Source: a bacterium (GTDB taxonomy: Bacteria > Acidobacteriota > Blastocatellia > HR10). From it: a DNA stretch of 64,000 nucleotides. Of this stretch, positions 28,541 through 40,751 are shown piece by piece (the first letter of the stretch is position 1; the number at the start of each line of letters is the position of its first letter). Both the position numbers and the translations under genes were made by a program. Location: assembly GCA_041640655.1 (NCBI GenBank), contig JBEPZV010000007.1, forward strand, positions 19,151 to 83,150, read 5' to 3'. The notes beneath the pieces are model-generated. The model ran no database searches, was not told where the DNA came from, and worked only from the letters and a program-made list of their open reading frames with translations.

Positions 28541-30100
28541 TCACCTCCCTGCGGAAGTCCCCGGAACCGCGCGCCGGATCCGACTCCGGTGAACGCTGTA
28601 GGAGAAGTAAATCACAAACCCGATCGCCATCCAGATGATCAAGCGTTCCCACGTGTGCCAGGGCAATCCAACCATCTGCGCCAGGCAGATCAGGGCTCCG
28701 AGGATCGGCACAGCGGGCACCAGGGGCGTGCGGAACGGGCGCGGCACCTCCGGATTCGTGTAGCGCAAGACGAGCACGCCCATGCAGACGAGCACGAACG
28801 CGAGCAACGTCCCGATGCTGACCAGTTCGCCCACGACGTGGATAGGCGAGAGACCGGCGGCGATCGCCACGCCGAGGCCCGTTACGATCGTCGTGATGTA
28901 GGGCGTTCGGAATCGCGGATGCACCTTCGCGAACGTTTGAGGGAGCAATCCATCACGCGCCATCGTCCAGAAGATGCGCGGCTGCCCGAGCAACATGACC
29001 AGGATCACCGAGGTCAGACCACCGATCGCTCCGAGCTTCACAATCGGCGCCAACCACGTGAGCCCGGTCGCATCAATCCCCACGGCGACCGGGTCCGGGA
29101 CGAGCAACCGCGAATAATGCACGACGCCCGTCAGCACGCCCGAGACGAGGATATAGAGGAGCGTACAGATGGCCAAACTCCCGAGAATCCCGATCGGCAT
29201 ATCTCGTTGCGGATTCTTCGCCTCTTGCGCGGCCGTCGAGACGGCATCGAAGCCGATATAGGCGAAGAAGATCACGCCCGCGCCGCGCAGGATGCCGCTC
29301 CATCCGTACTTGCCGAACTCCCCTTGGTTGGGGGGGATGAATTCGCGCCAATTCTCCCGCCACACCTCCGGATGCTGGATCAGATAGGCCAAGCCCGCCA
29401 CGCAGAAGATCAAGAGGACAGCGATCTTGATCCCGACGATGACATTGTTCACGGTGGCCGACTCTCTGATCCCGATGACGAGGATCGCCGTCACCAGGGC
29501 GATGACAAAGACGGCCGGCAAGTTGAAGAGCGCCGTCACCTGCGGCAGCGCGGCGACATCTATCCCCTTCTCCGCCAGATGCCGCGCCAACTCCTCAGTC
29601 AGGGTGCGCCATCCCTCGCCCGGCACCTGGACGAGCCGTGTCCCCGTGGCTGCGGTCAACTGCGGCGGGATCTCGATCCCGAGATCGCGCAGGAAGCTCA
29701 CGACGTATCCGGACCACCCGATGGCGACCGTGGCCGCGCCGAGCGAATATTCCAAGATCAGGTCCCAGCCGATGATCCAAGCGAAGAATTCCCCCATGGT
29801 GGCGTACGAATACGTGTAGGCGCTTCCGGCGATGGGGATCATCGAGGCCATCTCCGCGTAACACAGTCCCGCGAACGCGCAGCCGATCCCCGCCAGCACG
29901 AACGAGAGCACGATCGCCGGACCGGCATACTGTGCCGCCGCGTTCCCGGTCAAAACGAAGATCCCCGCGCCGATGATGGCTCCGATCCCCAGCGAGACGA
30001 GGTTGATTGGCCCCAGGGCCCGCCGCAAACCATGCTCCGCATCGAACGCTTCGGCTCTCAAAGCTTCGACCGATTTCTTCGCGAAGAGTTGACGCGTCAT
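28541..30100 (-). CDS. APC-family (cationic-type) amino acid permease
   Basis: [55 protein letters not shown]. Confidence 0.93.
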   Translation of the reverse strand: MTRQLFAKKSVEALRAEAFDAEHGLRRALGPINLVSLGIGAIIGAGIFVLTGNAAAQYAGPAIVLSFVLAGIGCAFAGLCYAEMASMIPIAGSAYTYSYATMGEFFAWIIGWDLILEYSLGAATVAIGWSGYVVSFLRDLGIEIPPQLTAATGTRLVQVPGEGWRTLTEELARHLAEKGIDVAALPQVTALFNLPAVFVIALVTAILVIGIRESATVNNVIVGIKIAVLLIFCVAGLAYLIQHPEVWRENWREFIPPNQGEFGKYGWSGILRGAGVIFFAYIGFDAVSTAAQEAKNPQRDMPIGILGSLAICTLLYILVSGVLTGVVHYSRLLVPDPVAVGIDATGLTWLAPIVKLGAIGGLTSVILVMLLGQPRIFWTMARDGLLPQTFAKVHPRFRTPYITTIVTGLGVAIAAGLSPIHVVGELVSIGTLLAFVLVCMGVLVLRYTNPEVPRPFRTPLVPAVPILGALICLAQMVGLPWHTWERLIIWMAIGFVIYFSYSVHRSRIRRAVPGTSAGR

Positions 30101-30312
30101 GCTCCTTCGCCTCCTCGTGAGATGGCTCCCACGGCTTCGCTCACCTCATCCCCCTCCCGAGCCGCGAGTGGCGATTATGAGCCGAACGCCCGCGACTGTC
30201 AAGCGGCTCCTCGCCAAGGCCGGAAATTGCCGAATGCTTCCGAATGTGAGATAATTTCCGCTTCGACGAATGGGGAGGCACGGCGCTTCCGGCAAGATCT
30301 GGAGGGAAGAGC

Positions 30313-30954
30313 ATGGCGGGAAACGGAGATCGCCGAATCGCGAGCGAATCAGCAGCACCGCTCCACATGGAGAAGGTGGCCGAAGCGCGGCTCCCGACTG
30401 AGATCGGGGAGTTTCGCGTGCTCGGCTTTCGGGAACGTCAGAGCGGGCGCGAGTACATCGTGTTGACCAAAGGGGAACTCTCCCCGAATCGTCCCTGCCT
30501 GGTCCGCATCCATTCCCAATGCTTGACGGGCGATGTCTTCCACTCGATCAAATGCGATTGCGGGCAGCAACTGCGCCGCGCCATGGAAGTGATCGAGCAG
30601 GAGGGCACCGGTGTCCTCATCTATCAGCAGCAGGAGGGGCGGGGCATCGGCTTGCTGAACAAGATTCGAGCCTATGCGCTCCAAGATCAAGGGCTCGATA
30701 CCGTGGAGGCGAATCTGCGGTTGGGCTTCGCCCCGGACGAACGGTCCTATGAGGACTGCGTGGCCATCCTGCGCGCGCTCGGCATTCGGCAGATCCGCCT
30801 CCTCTCGAATAATCCGCAGAAGATCGCGGCCCTGCGAAAGGCGGGATTAGCTATCGTGGAGCGCGTACCGCTGGAGGTCGAACCCCGCGAGGAGACGGTG
30901 GCCTATCTGCGCGCGAAGAAGGAGAAGCTCGGTCATCTGCTCTCCTCCGTATGA
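30313..30954 (+). CDS. ribA: GTP cyclohydrolase II
   Basis: [50 protein letters not shown]. Confidence 0.96.
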   Translation: MAGNGDRRIASESAAPLHMEKVAEARLPTEIGEFRVLGFRERQSGREYIVLTKGELSPNRPCLVRIHSQCLTGDVFHSIKCDCGQQLRRAMEVIEQEGTGVLIYQQQEGRGIGLLNKIRAYALQDQGLDTVEANLRLGFAPDERSYEDCVAILRALGIRQIRLLSNNPQKIAALRKAGLAIVERVPLEVEPREETVAYLRAKKEKLGHLLSSV

Positions 30955-31015
30955 TCGCTGAAGCGGACATCGCATGGAGCTCGTTTCGAAGAAGACCATC
31001 AAGGAGATGTGGGGA

Positions 31016-32728
31016 ATGAGCGTCATCTCCAGACGCCTTCTTGCGCCTCTCATCATTCTGGTCCTCACCGTCTTCTCCTCCCCGGCGCAGCGGCGGAACG
31101 CTCCGGATCGTCCCCGCTTGATCGTGCTGCTGGTCATTGATCAATTTCGCGAAGAATACTTGCTTCGGTTCGAGCCCTTCTTCGGCGATCGGGGATTCCG
31201 CCGACTCCTCACCTATGGGGCCGTCTTCGTCAACTGTCAGTACGAACATGCCCCGACGGTGACGGCTCCCGGCCATGCGACGATCGCCACGGGAGCGATG
31301 CCCGCCGCGCATGGGATCATCAACAACGAATGGTACGAGCGCGAGACGGGCCAGGTGGTGACGAGCGTCTCCGATCCCGCCCGACGCGTCATCGGCGCCC
31401 CCTCCGGGCGCGCCTCCTCTCCTCACCGATTGATCGGCACGACGCTCGGAGACGAGTTGCGCCTGAGCACGAACTTCCGATCGAAAGTGATCGCGCTCTC
31501 GTATAAGGACCGCTCGGCCATCCTCCTGGGGGGGAAGCTCGCCAATCTCGCCCTGTGGTTCGACGAATCGAGCGGCGCCTTCATCACGAGCGATTACTAT
31601 GCGAATGTGCTGCCCGAATGGATCGCGCGCTTCAATGCGACGCGTCCGGCCGATCGGTACTTCGGCGCGCGGTGGGAGAAATCCTTCCCCGAAGCCGTGT
31701 ATGCGCTCGCGGCGGCGGACGATCGGCCGGAAGAGACGCCGCTGCCGGGAGGCGGGCGCACGTTCCCGCATCATCTGACAGGCGGTCTCGCGCAACCTGG
31801 ACCGGCCTTCTATACGGCGTTCACCTTCACCCCCTTCGCCAATGAGGTGCTCATCGAGCTGGCGAAGCGCGCGATCGAGAGCGAGCGATTGGGACACGAT
31901 GAATTCCCCGACCTTCTGGCGATCAGCCTCTCGACGAACGATCTCGTCGGCCACTCCTTCGGCCCCTACAGCCACGAAGTCGCGGATCTGACGTTGCGGA
32001 CCGACCAGGTGGTGGCCGCGCTCTTGACCTATCTCGACGCGCGACTCGGCTCCAACTATATCTTGGCCCTCACGGCCGATCATGGGGTGGCGCCGATTCC
32101 CGAAGAGGCCGCTCGCCTGAAGCTCGGCGGTCGGCGCATCTCCCCGGCGGCCGTGCGTCAAGCCATCGAGGACGCCGTGAGCGCGCGCTTCGGAGAGGGA
32201 CCGTGGATCGAGCCTCGGGCGCTCCCGCTGCTCTCCAGTGGATTCCTTTATCTCAATCGCGAGGCGATCGCTCAGAAGCATCTCGACATTGCCGATGTGG
32301 AACGAGTGGCCGGGGAAGCCGCCCTGAAGGTGCCCGGCCTCGCTCGATATTACGCGCGAACGCAGCTGCTGGCCGGAGGGGTCCACGAGGACCCCATCAG
32401 TCGGCGCGTAGCCGGAAGCTTCCATCCTGGGCGCAGCCCGGACCTCATCCTCATCCCCGAACCGTTCGCGTTCATCTCCGGCGGTCGGACGGGAACGACG
32501 CACGGTTCGCCTTACAGCTATGATGCCCATGTCCCGCTGATCCTCTTCGGCCGCGGCATCACTCCGGGGATCTACCGGAGCACGTGCACGCCGGCCGATC
32601 TGGCGCCGACGCTCGCGGCGGCACTGCGGATCGAATATCCGGCGAACGCGACGGGGCGGATTTTGTGGGAAGCGTTGCAGCCCGCAGCTTCTCCCCGCGT
32701 CGCCCCCCACTCGATGACCTCGCGATGA
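31016..32728 (+). CDS. alkaline phosphatase superfamily protein (PafA-like), secreted
   Basis: Signal peptide, VIDQF, VTAPGHATIATG, DLVGHSFGP, LTADHG, HGSPYSYDAHVP. Confidence 0.88.
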   Translation: MSVISRRLLAPLIILVLTVFSSPAQRRNAPDRPRLIVLLVIDQFREEYLLRFEPFFGDRGFRRLLTYGAVFVNCQYEHAPTVTAPGHATIATGAMPAAHGIINNEWYERETGQVVTSVSDPARRVIGAPSGRASSPHRLIGTTLGDELRLSTNFRSKVIALSYKDRSAILLGGKLANLALWFDESSGAFITSDYYANVLPEWIARFNATRPADRYFGARWEKSFPEAVYALAAADDRPEETPLPGGGRTFPHHLTGGLAQPGPAFYTAFTFTPFANEVLIELAKRAIESERLGHDEFPDLLAISLSTNDLVGHSFGPYSHEVADLTLRTDQVVAALLTYLDARLGSNYILALTADHGVAPIPEEAARLKLGGRRISPAAVRQAIEDAVSARFGEGPWIEPRALPLLSSGFLYLNREAIAQKHLDIADVERVAGEAALKVPGLARYYARTQLLAGGVHEDPISRRVAGSFHPGRSPDLILIPEPFAFISGGRTGTTHGSPYSYDAHVPLILFGRGITPGIYRSTCTPADLAPTLAAALRIEYPANATGRILWEALQPAASPRVAPHSMTSR

Positions 32729-32825
32729 GGCGTCGGGCAACTTAAGAAGAATGAGCGCCGCGCGTCCGAAGAAGGCGTCTGGGATAAGCTCGCCGGCAGC
32801 GTCCTCCTGAGCAGGGAGCGACCGT

Positions 32826-33830
32826 ATGAACCTCATCGGGAAACGCATGCTCGTCACAGGAGCCACGGGCCTGATCGGGCGGCGGGTGATCGAACGCCTT
32901 CTGGAACATGGCGGGGTCTCGATTCGCGCGCTCGTGCGCGATCCGGCGAAGGCGGAAGGGCTGCGATCGTTGCCGATCGAGATCGCCTTCGGAGACATCA
33001 CGCATCCGGAGACGTTGCGCGAGGCCGCCACCGGTGCTCACGTCATCATTCACTGCGCCGCTCGCGTCACTGAGCGCGGGCGTTGGGAGGAGTTCTGGCA
33101 GAGCAACGTCGAGGGCACGCGCCATGTGCTGGAAGCGGCGGCGCGAAGCGGCGCCGAGCGCGTCGTGCACCTGAGCAGCGTCGCCGTCTACGGGATCTTC
33201 CCCCGGGATGGCACGGATGAATCCTTCCCGTATCAGCCCTGCGGGAACGCCTATTGCGATACGAAGATCGAAGCGGAGAAGATCGCCTTCGACTACTTCC
33301 GTCAGCGCGGCGTGCCCCTGGTCGTCCTCCGACCGGGGATCGTCTATGGCCCGCGCTCGCAACATTGGACGATCCGCATCATCGAGCTGCTGAAGGCGAA
33401 TCGCCTATTCCTGCTGGGTCGCGCCGACGGCATCTGCAATCACGTCTACGTGGACAATGTCGTGGATGCGATCCTGCTGGCGCTCGCCAACGATGCGGTC
33501 CTCGGCGAGGCGTTCATCATCACGGATGGGCGGGCGACGACCTGGAGGGAATTCTTCGGCCACTATGCGCGGATGCTCGGTCGGGAGGCCGTGCCGCAGC
33601 TTCCGGCGGCGCCGGCGAAGCTCCTTTTGCACCTGGCCGGATGGGCCTTTCGCGCGCGCGGTCGCACGCCACCGCTCAGCCCGAAGGTGGTGGATTATCT
33701 GCAGCACCGCGCCGCGTTCCGGATCGAGAAAGCAAAGGCGCGCCTCGGCTACGTCCCCCGCATCTCGCTCGAGGAGGGGATGCGCCGCACGGAGGCGTGG
33801 TTGCGGGAGGCCGGATACTTGCGCCCATGA
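32826..33830 (+). CDS. NAD-dependent epimerase/dehydratase (extended SDR)
   Basis: VTGATGLIG, NVEGT, LSSVAVYG, YCDTK (YxxxK), RPGIVYGP. Confidence 0.9.
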   Translation: MNLIGKRMLVTGATGLIGRRVIERLLEHGGVSIRALVRDPAKAEGLRSLPIEIAFGDITHPETLREAATGAHVIIHCAARVTERGRWEEFWQSNVEGTRHVLEAAARSGAERVVHLSSVAVYGIFPRDGTDESFPYQPCGNAYCDTKIEAEKIAFDYFRQRGVPLVVLRPGIVYGPRSQHWTIRIIELLKANRLFLLGRADGICNHVYVDNVVDAILLALANDAVLGEAFIITDGRATTWREFFGHYARMLGREAVPQLPAAPAKLLLHLAGWAFRARGRTPPLSPKVVDYLQHRAAFRIEKAKARLGYVPRISLEEGMRRTEAWLREAGYLRP

Positions 33831-34279
33831 AGTTCGTCGTGGACGTCATGCTCGGTCGCCTCGCGCGTTGGCTTCGGCTTCTGGGCTTCGACGTCGTCTA
33901 TCGCCCCGACGCGAGCGACGAGCAGCTCATCGCGATCGCGGAGGCCGAAGAGCGCACGCTCCTCACCAAGGACGCGCGCTTGCTCCGCGACTGTCGGGTC
34001 AATGGCTATCTGGTCAAGAGCGCGCGATGGGAGGATCAGCTTCGGGAAGTCCTCGCCGAATTCCACCTGCGCGATCTCATCCGCGCTTTCACCCGCTGCC
34101 CGGAATGCAACGCCCTGCTGGTCGCTGTGGAGAAAGAGGCCGTGCGCTCGCGCCTTCCCCAGAACGTGTATGAGGAGCAAACGGACGTGCACCTCTGCCC
34201 GGGTTGCTCCCGCCTCTACTGGGCGGGGACGCATGTGGAGCGGATGAGCCGAAAGATCGAAGAACTGCTCGGTGAATGA
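33827..34279 (+). CDS. Mut7-C RNase-domain protein
   Basis: KFVVDVMLGRLARWLRLLGFD, RCPECNA, CPGCSRLYWAGTH. ATGA overlap with the upstream gene. Confidence 0.9.
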   Translation: MKFVVDVMLGRLARWLRLLGFDVVYRPDASDEQLIAIAEAEERTLLTKDARLLRDCRVNGYLVKSARWEDQLREVLAEFHLRDLIRAFTRCPECNALLVAVEKEAVRSRLPQNVYEEQTDVHLCPGCSRLYWAGTHVERMSRKIEELLGE

Positions 34280-34401
34280 CATCGGGCCAACTCGTTTCTT
34301 GCCCGCTCGGCGACCGTTTGATAGAGTGTATGCCGAATGAGTGAGGCGATGGAGCTCCCCTCCTCGGCGCAGAGGGAGGGGGCCTCCGAAGGAGGCGGGC
34401 G

Positions 34402-34607
34402 ATGCCGATGTACGAGTACGTTTGCGAGAAGTGCGGCGAGAAGTTCGAGAAGCTGGTGCTCTCGCCCGCGACGCGGATCGTCTGTCCGCGATGCGGGAGC
34501 ACGGCGTGCGAGCGGGTCTACTCTTCGTTCGCTCTGAGCGCTACGCGCAAGACCATCGCGAGCTTCCGCTCCGCGGGCGGATGCGGCTGCGCGGCCGGAG
34601 GATGCGC

Positions 34608-34623
<16 letters not shown>
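34402..34623 (+). CDS. FmdB-family zinc-ribbon protein
   Basis: [12 protein letters not shown]...CPRCGS, Cys/Gly tail, GGAGG SD. Confidence 0.88.
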
Positions 34624-36170
<1,547 letters not shown>

Positions 36171-36213
36171 GCGCGCGCCGGTGCCCCGGCGATCCCACAG
36201 GAGGAAAGGCGTC

Positions 36214-36726
36214 ATGAGCGAGGAAGCGCATCTCTCACCGATCAACGAATGGGTGGAGCGACTGCAGAGCGTTCTCCCCGCCTATCGAGGGTACACCGAT
36301 CACGCCTCTCGTCGGGAGCAAGATGCCCTCTACCGGCAGTACTTGAGCGAGCGGCTCGGCGAAGTGCTCGAGCCGCTTGAGCAGCTCATCGGCGAGTGGA
36401 CTCGGGCCGGGCAGTTCATCGAAGTCCTGCCCCTGGAGCGCGTCCGCGAGAAGGTGCGCGCGCTGCTGCACGATCTCGGAGCGCCTGATTATGGGGCGAC
36501 CGCCTTCTTCACCGAGCGCCCGGTGAACGAAGCCATGCTCGATCTGCTCTATCAGTACGAAGTGGTGCTCCAGGAACAGGTGCGCGCCGTACAGGTCCAG
36601 CTCGAGAGGCTGCGCACGGAGCCGCCGGAGGATTTCCTCTCGGCGGCCGAGCGGCTGGAGGCGACCGTGCTCGCGCTGGAGGCCGAGTTCAAGGGGCGCT
36701 GCGAGATGATTCGCCAGTGGGGCTGA
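36214..36726 (+). CDS. hypothetical all-helical protein
   Basis: GGAGG SD before ATG. LPAYRGY...RREQD motif. Tightly packed between pccB and the ABC ATPase. Confidence 0.75.
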   Translation: MSEEAHLSPINEWVERLQSVLPAYRGYTDHASRREQDALYRQYLSERLGEVLEPLEQLIGEWTRAGQFIEVLPLERVREKVRALLHDLGAPDYGATAFFTERPVNEAMLDLLYQYEVVLQEQVRAVQVQLERLRTEPPEDFLSAAERLEATVLALEAEFKGRCEMIRQWG

Positions 36727-36729
36727 CCG

Positions 36730-37695
36730 ATGATCACGACCAGAGAGCTGACGAAGGTCTACGACGGGACAGTCGCAGTCGAAGCCCTCACGATGGAGAT
36801 TCGATCTGGGGAGATCTTCGGCCTGCTCGGGCCCAACGGCGCGGGGAAGACGACGACCGTGCGCATGCTCGCCGCGCTCATCTCCCCCACATCGGGGGAG
36901 GCCCTCATCGAGGGGTATCGCGTGGGGGAGCAGGATGCGGCGATCCGACGCCTGGTCGGGATCGTGACCGAGGCGCCGGGTCTCTACGAGCGATTGAGCG
37001 CGCGAGAGAATTTGGAGATCTACGCCAAGCTCTATGGCGTCTCGAACGTCGCTCGACAGGTCGAGAAGTACCTGCGCCTGCTCGAGCTCTGGGATCGGCG
37101 AGATGATCCCGTCGGGACGTTCTCCAAGGGCATGAAGCAGAAATTGGCCTTGGCCCGCGCCCTCGTGCACGAGCCGAAGGTCCTGCTTCTGGATGAGCCG
37201 ACCTCGGGGCTGGATCCGCAGATGACCAAAGTCGTGCGCGAGTTCATCGCCGATCTCAAGGGACAAGGGCGAACCATCCTCCTCTGCACGCACAACCTGG
37301 ACGAGGCCGAGCGCTTGTGCGATCGCATCCTCGTCCTGAAGACGCGCCCGATCGCTCTGGATACCCCCCAAGCCCTGCGCCGTCGGCTCTTCGGACGGCG
37401 CATCATCGTCACGTTGGAGGCTGTGACCGACCGCATCCTGGAGCGCGTGCGCGCCCTCGATTTTGTGCTCGACGTGCAGCAGGAGGATCGGCGGCTCCTG
37501 ATCGCGCTCTCGGATCCGGAGCGGCAAAACCCCATCCTCGTGCGCGCGCTCGTCGAGGTCGGAGCCGCCATCCGCTTCCTCACCGAGGAGGAACATTCGC
37601 TGGAGGAGATCTATCTCCGGCTGATCGAGGAGGAAGGAGGGACGTCCGCTCTCCCCTCTGCCTCCGATCGAGCAGAAGCGTCGTTGGCCAGGTGA
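36730..37695 (+). CDS. ABC transporter ATP-binding protein
   Basis: GPNGAGKTT, FSKGM, LLLDEPTSGLDP, THN. Confidence 0.95.
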   Translation: MITTRELTKVYDGTVAVEALTMEIRSGEIFGLLGPNGAGKTTTVRMLAALISPTSGEALIEGYRVGEQDAAIRRLVGIVTEAPGLYERLSARENLEIYAKLYGVSNVARQVEKYLRLLELWDRRDDPVGTFSKGMKQKLALARALVHEPKVLLLDEPTSGLDPQMTKVVREFIADLKGQGRTILLCTHNLDEAERLCDRILVLKTRPIALDTPQALRRRLFGRRIIVTLEAVTDRILERVRALDFVLDVQQEDRRLLIALSDPERQNPILVRALVEVGAAIRFLTEEEHSLEEIYLRLIEEEGGTSALPSASDRAEASLAR

Positions 37696-37699
37696 GCCC

Positions 37700-38503
37700 A
37701 TGTCTCCCATCCTCGTCATCCTGCAGAAAGAATGGGCCGATCTCCGACGGCATCGCCTGCTCATGCTCTCGATGGTGGCGCCGGCCGTGGTCTTCCTCCT
37801 CCTCCCGTTCGCCCTGGTCATCCTCGTCCCCCTGCTTGATCCCTCAGGGTGGAACGATCGCAACGTCCAGCGCATGGCGGAGCTGCTGGGCCGCGCCGAA
37901 CCCGACCTGAGGCGCGTGGATCCGCTGTTGGTCTTCCACATCTACCTCTTTCGGCAGTTCACCCTCATGTTCCTGCTCATCCCAATTCTGGGCGCGCTCT
38001 CCATCGCGACCTACAGCATTGTGGGGGAGAAGCAGAATCGCACGCTCGAGCCGCTGCTGGCGACGCCCATCCGGACGACGGAGTTGCTGTGGGGGAAGAG
38101 CCTGGCGGCCGCACTTCCGGCCACGCTGTTGACCTGGATCACCTTCGGGCTCTATGTGCTCCTGATGCGCGCGCTGAGCCCCGCGGAGGTGCTCTCTCAC
38201 GTGGTGAATCCCGTCGGGCTCAGCCTCATCTTCCTCATCGGCCCACTGGTCGCCATCCTGAGCCTGGGACTTGGGGTGATCGTCTCCTCGCGCGCGAAAG
38301 ACCCGCGCACGGCGCAACAGATCGGTGTTCTCTTGATCCTGCCGATCATGGCGCTCTTCATCATGCAGATGCGCGGCTTCTTCCTGCTCCGCGCCCGGTG
38401 GGTGTGGTTGGGAGCGGCCGTGTTGCTCGCCCTTGACGTGATCGTCTTGAGGATCGGCGCTCGCCTCTTCCAGCGAGAGACGATCCTCACCCGCTGGACG
38501 TGA
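37700..38503 (+). CDS. ABC-2 type transporter permease
   Basis: About 6 TM helices, SIVGEKQNRTLEPLLATPI...LLWGK. Confidence 0.92.
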   Translation: MSPILVILQKEWADLRRHRLLMLSMVAPAVVFLLLPFALVILVPLLDPSGWNDRNVQRMAELLGRAEPDLRRVDPLLVFHIYLFRQFTLMFLLIPILGALSIATYSIVGEKQNRTLEPLLATPIRTTELLWGKSLAAALPATLLTWITFGLYVLLMRALSPAEVLSHVVNPVGLSLIFLIGPLVAILSLGLGVIVSSRAKDPRTAQQIGVLLILPIMALFIMQMRGFFLLRARWVWLGAAVLLALDVIVLRIGARLFQRETILTRWT

Positions 38504-38519
38504 GGCCGAAGCGGCGCCC

Positions 38520-38954
38520 CTATCGCGCGAGCGCGCGCAGGTAGTTCACCAGATGCCAGATCTCCTCCTTGCTCAACGTCTTCTCAAAATCGGGCATCGG
38601 CGGATTGCCCTTCGAGATCTTCCAGAACAGCTCCCCGTCGCTCTGCGACGCCATCCGCGCGCGGTCGGTCAAGTCGGCCGGCTTCGTCTCCAGGGCTTCC
38701 GCCATGGGGCCGTCGCCCTTGCCCCCATCGCCATGACACATGGCACAATGCTCGGCGAAGAGGCGCTTCCCCTTCTGGATCGAAGCGGCTGTGGCTCGGA
38801 TCGGATTCTTCATCTTCTTCGCCGACTCAGGCACATTCCAGCGGTCTTGCGCCGAGGCCCTTCGAGGAGCCCACACGTCACTCCCTCCTTCCAGAACGAG
38901 AACAAGAAGCAGGGTCACTCCACAGAACCATCGGACACGATGTCTTCCCCTCAT
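38520..38954 (-). CDS. periplasmic monoheme cytochrome c
   Basis: Signal peptide, CAMCH (CxxCH), distal Met in PPMP, IWHLVNYLR. Confidence 0.92.
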   Translation of the reverse strand: MRGRHRVRWFCGVTLLLVLVLEGGSDVWAPRRASAQDRWNVPESAKKMKNPIRATAASIQKGKRLFAEHCAMCHGDGGKGDGPMAEALETKPADLTDRARMASQSDGELFWKISKGNPPMPDFEKTLSKEEIWHLVNYLRALAR

Positions 38955-38967
38955 GGCGATCTTCTCC

Positions 38968-40719
38968 CTACGGGTTTGGCCGCGCCTGCCCAGAGGCATT
39001 CATTGTATCGGCCCTCTCGCCGGGCACGCAACGGCGCTGAGACCCTCGGCCGATGCCCACGCCATCCAAACAACGAACGTTCGGACGTTCCGATACGGGT
39101 AACTCGCTGAAGAGCTCCAGGACGGCAGCGTTCGTCCACCCGAAGCCAATCTCGTTGGCCGCATACCCGAAACGCAATCCGGCGGCGACGTCCGATTCGC
39201 GACGCACGACGTCATACTTCTCGAAGATCGCCCCGTGTTCGAGAAACTCCTTGAACACCAGAGAGATGAAGTTGATGGCGATGCGATTGGCCGCCGCATG
39301 ATACCCATATCGGCGAAGTCCCTTCACCGCGATCACCTGCATCGGAGCCCATCCGTACGGAGCGTCCCACTGATTGCCTGTCACCTGAGTGCTCGTTTGT
39401 ATCCCCCCCGCCCGCTCAAAGAGCGGGAGATTCGCGACGACGCGCGCCGCTTGTCGCGGCGTGGCGATTCCCGCCCAGAGAGGGAAGAACGTCGTGACGA
39501 AGGGATACGCGCGCCGCTTCCGCGTCACGAAGTTGTAGTCGAAGTAGAGACCCGCTTCTTCGTCCCAGAGCCACCGATTGATCCGAGCCCGACGCAGGCG
39601 CGCCCGGCGCTCCCACACACGCGCCTCTGCAGAACGCCCCAACTCCCGGAGAATGCGCGCCACGTCCCGCTCCATCACATACAGCAGCGAGTTCAAGCAC
39701 ACGGGATTGTAGAAAAGGACGCCGGCATTGAACGGCCCGAAACGGTTCGAGGGATCAAACCCCGATTCGCGCATCGAACGATCGGCGATGTAGAAGAGAT
39801 CGGTGAGCCGATCGGTCTCCGGATCATAGAAGAGGGACACGTCGTAATCCGTCACCCGATGCCGGCGGTAGTGCTCCCGGACGCGATCGTAGTGTGTCCG
39901 CCCCTGCGCGTCGCGTTCGTGCGCGAGCACTTCGGGAGCCGGTCCCTGACCCGAATCGTAGTAGCGTGACAGCCCCGTCTCCGACACCCCGTGCGGCGGC
40001 TCGGTCCAGTAACGGTAATACGCCTCCAGCGCCGGGATCGTCTTCGCCAACCACCTCCGGTCTCTCGTGCGCTCATAGACGTCGAGGATCATCCGGCTGA
40101 GAAAAGGCGGCTGCGAGCGCGTCAGGTAATACGTGCGGTTGGCATTGAGAACCTTCCCATAGTGCTCGATCTCGTAGAGAAAATTCTCCACCAGGCTTCG
40201 GGCCAGCTCGATCTCCCCTTCGCGCAAGAGACCAAGGGCAATGAAGTAACTGTCCCAACCGTACATCTCGTTGAAGCGACCGCCCGGCACAACATAGGGA
40301 TGGGGGAGATAGAGCAAGCCATGCTCCCGAATCGCCATGGGATCATCGGGCAAGCGCCGCCATTCGATCCGCGCGAGCTCCTCTTGGGAAAGGAGCTCGC
40401 GCACGCGAGCCTCCAGCGCTGCCCTCTCCTCCTTCGGGGAGACGTAGATGAGCCACTTCCCAGCCGGAGGGGGGAACTTCGGATCCTCGGCCGCACGCGC
40501 CAGGTCGCGTGGCGTGCGTTGAAGGATACGCCAACTCCGCCGGATGTATTCGCGGAAGTGCCGCCACTGGGCCTCACTCGCCTTGCGGGAGGCCGCCGGA
40601 CGAACCTGCGCGAAGAACGAGACGGCCGACAGCGGGGATTGCAGAAGGAGGCTGAACAGACAAAGGATCAGACCCTTTCGACCGCTGCTCCACACCTCGC
40701 GCCCGACGTCTCGGCCCAT
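38968..40719 (-). CDS. alpha,alpha-trehalase (GH37), secreted
   Basis: VVPGGRFNEMYGWDSYF, NANRTYYLTRSQPP, QWDAPYGWAPMQ, GFGWTN. N-terminal hydrophobic signal. Confidence 0.93.
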   Translation of the reverse strand: MGRDVGREVWSSGRKGLILCLFSLLLQSPLSAVSFFAQVRPAASRKASEAQWRHFREYIRRSWRILQRTPRDLARAAEDPKFPPPAGKWLIYVSPKEERAALEARVRELLSQEELARIEWRRLPDDPMAIREHGLLYLPHPYVVPGGRFNEMYGWDSYFIALGLLREGEIELARSLVENFLYEIEHYGKVLNANRTYYLTRSQPPFLSRMILDVYERTRDRRWLAKTIPALEAYYRYWTEPPHGVSETGLSRYYDSGQGPAPEVLAHERDAQGRTHYDRVREHYRRHRVTDYDVSLFYDPETDRLTDLFYIADRSMRESGFDPSNRFGPFNAGVLFYNPVCLNSLLYVMERDVARILRELGRSAEARVWERRARLRRARINRWLWDEEAGLYFDYNFVTRKRRAYPFVTTFFPLWAGIATPRQAARVVANLPLFERAGGIQTSTQVTGNQWDAPYGWAPMQVIAVKGLRRYGYHAAANRIAINFISLVFKEFLEHGAIFEKYDVVRRESDVAAGLRFGYAANEIGFGWTNAAVLELFSELPVSERPNVRCLDGVGIGRGSQRRCVPGERADTMNASGQARPNP

Positions 40720-40751
40720 CCCGTCTCCCTCCTTCTCTTCCAGCGAGCGAT

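Noticed and set aside
30101..30312. FMN riboswitch upstream of ribA
   Set aside because: No recognisable RFN conserved blocks. The region looks like a divergent promoter pair.
28466..33031. Long ORFs 28466-30466 (+) and 30851-33031 (-)
   Set aside because: Shadows of the permease and phosphatase genes.
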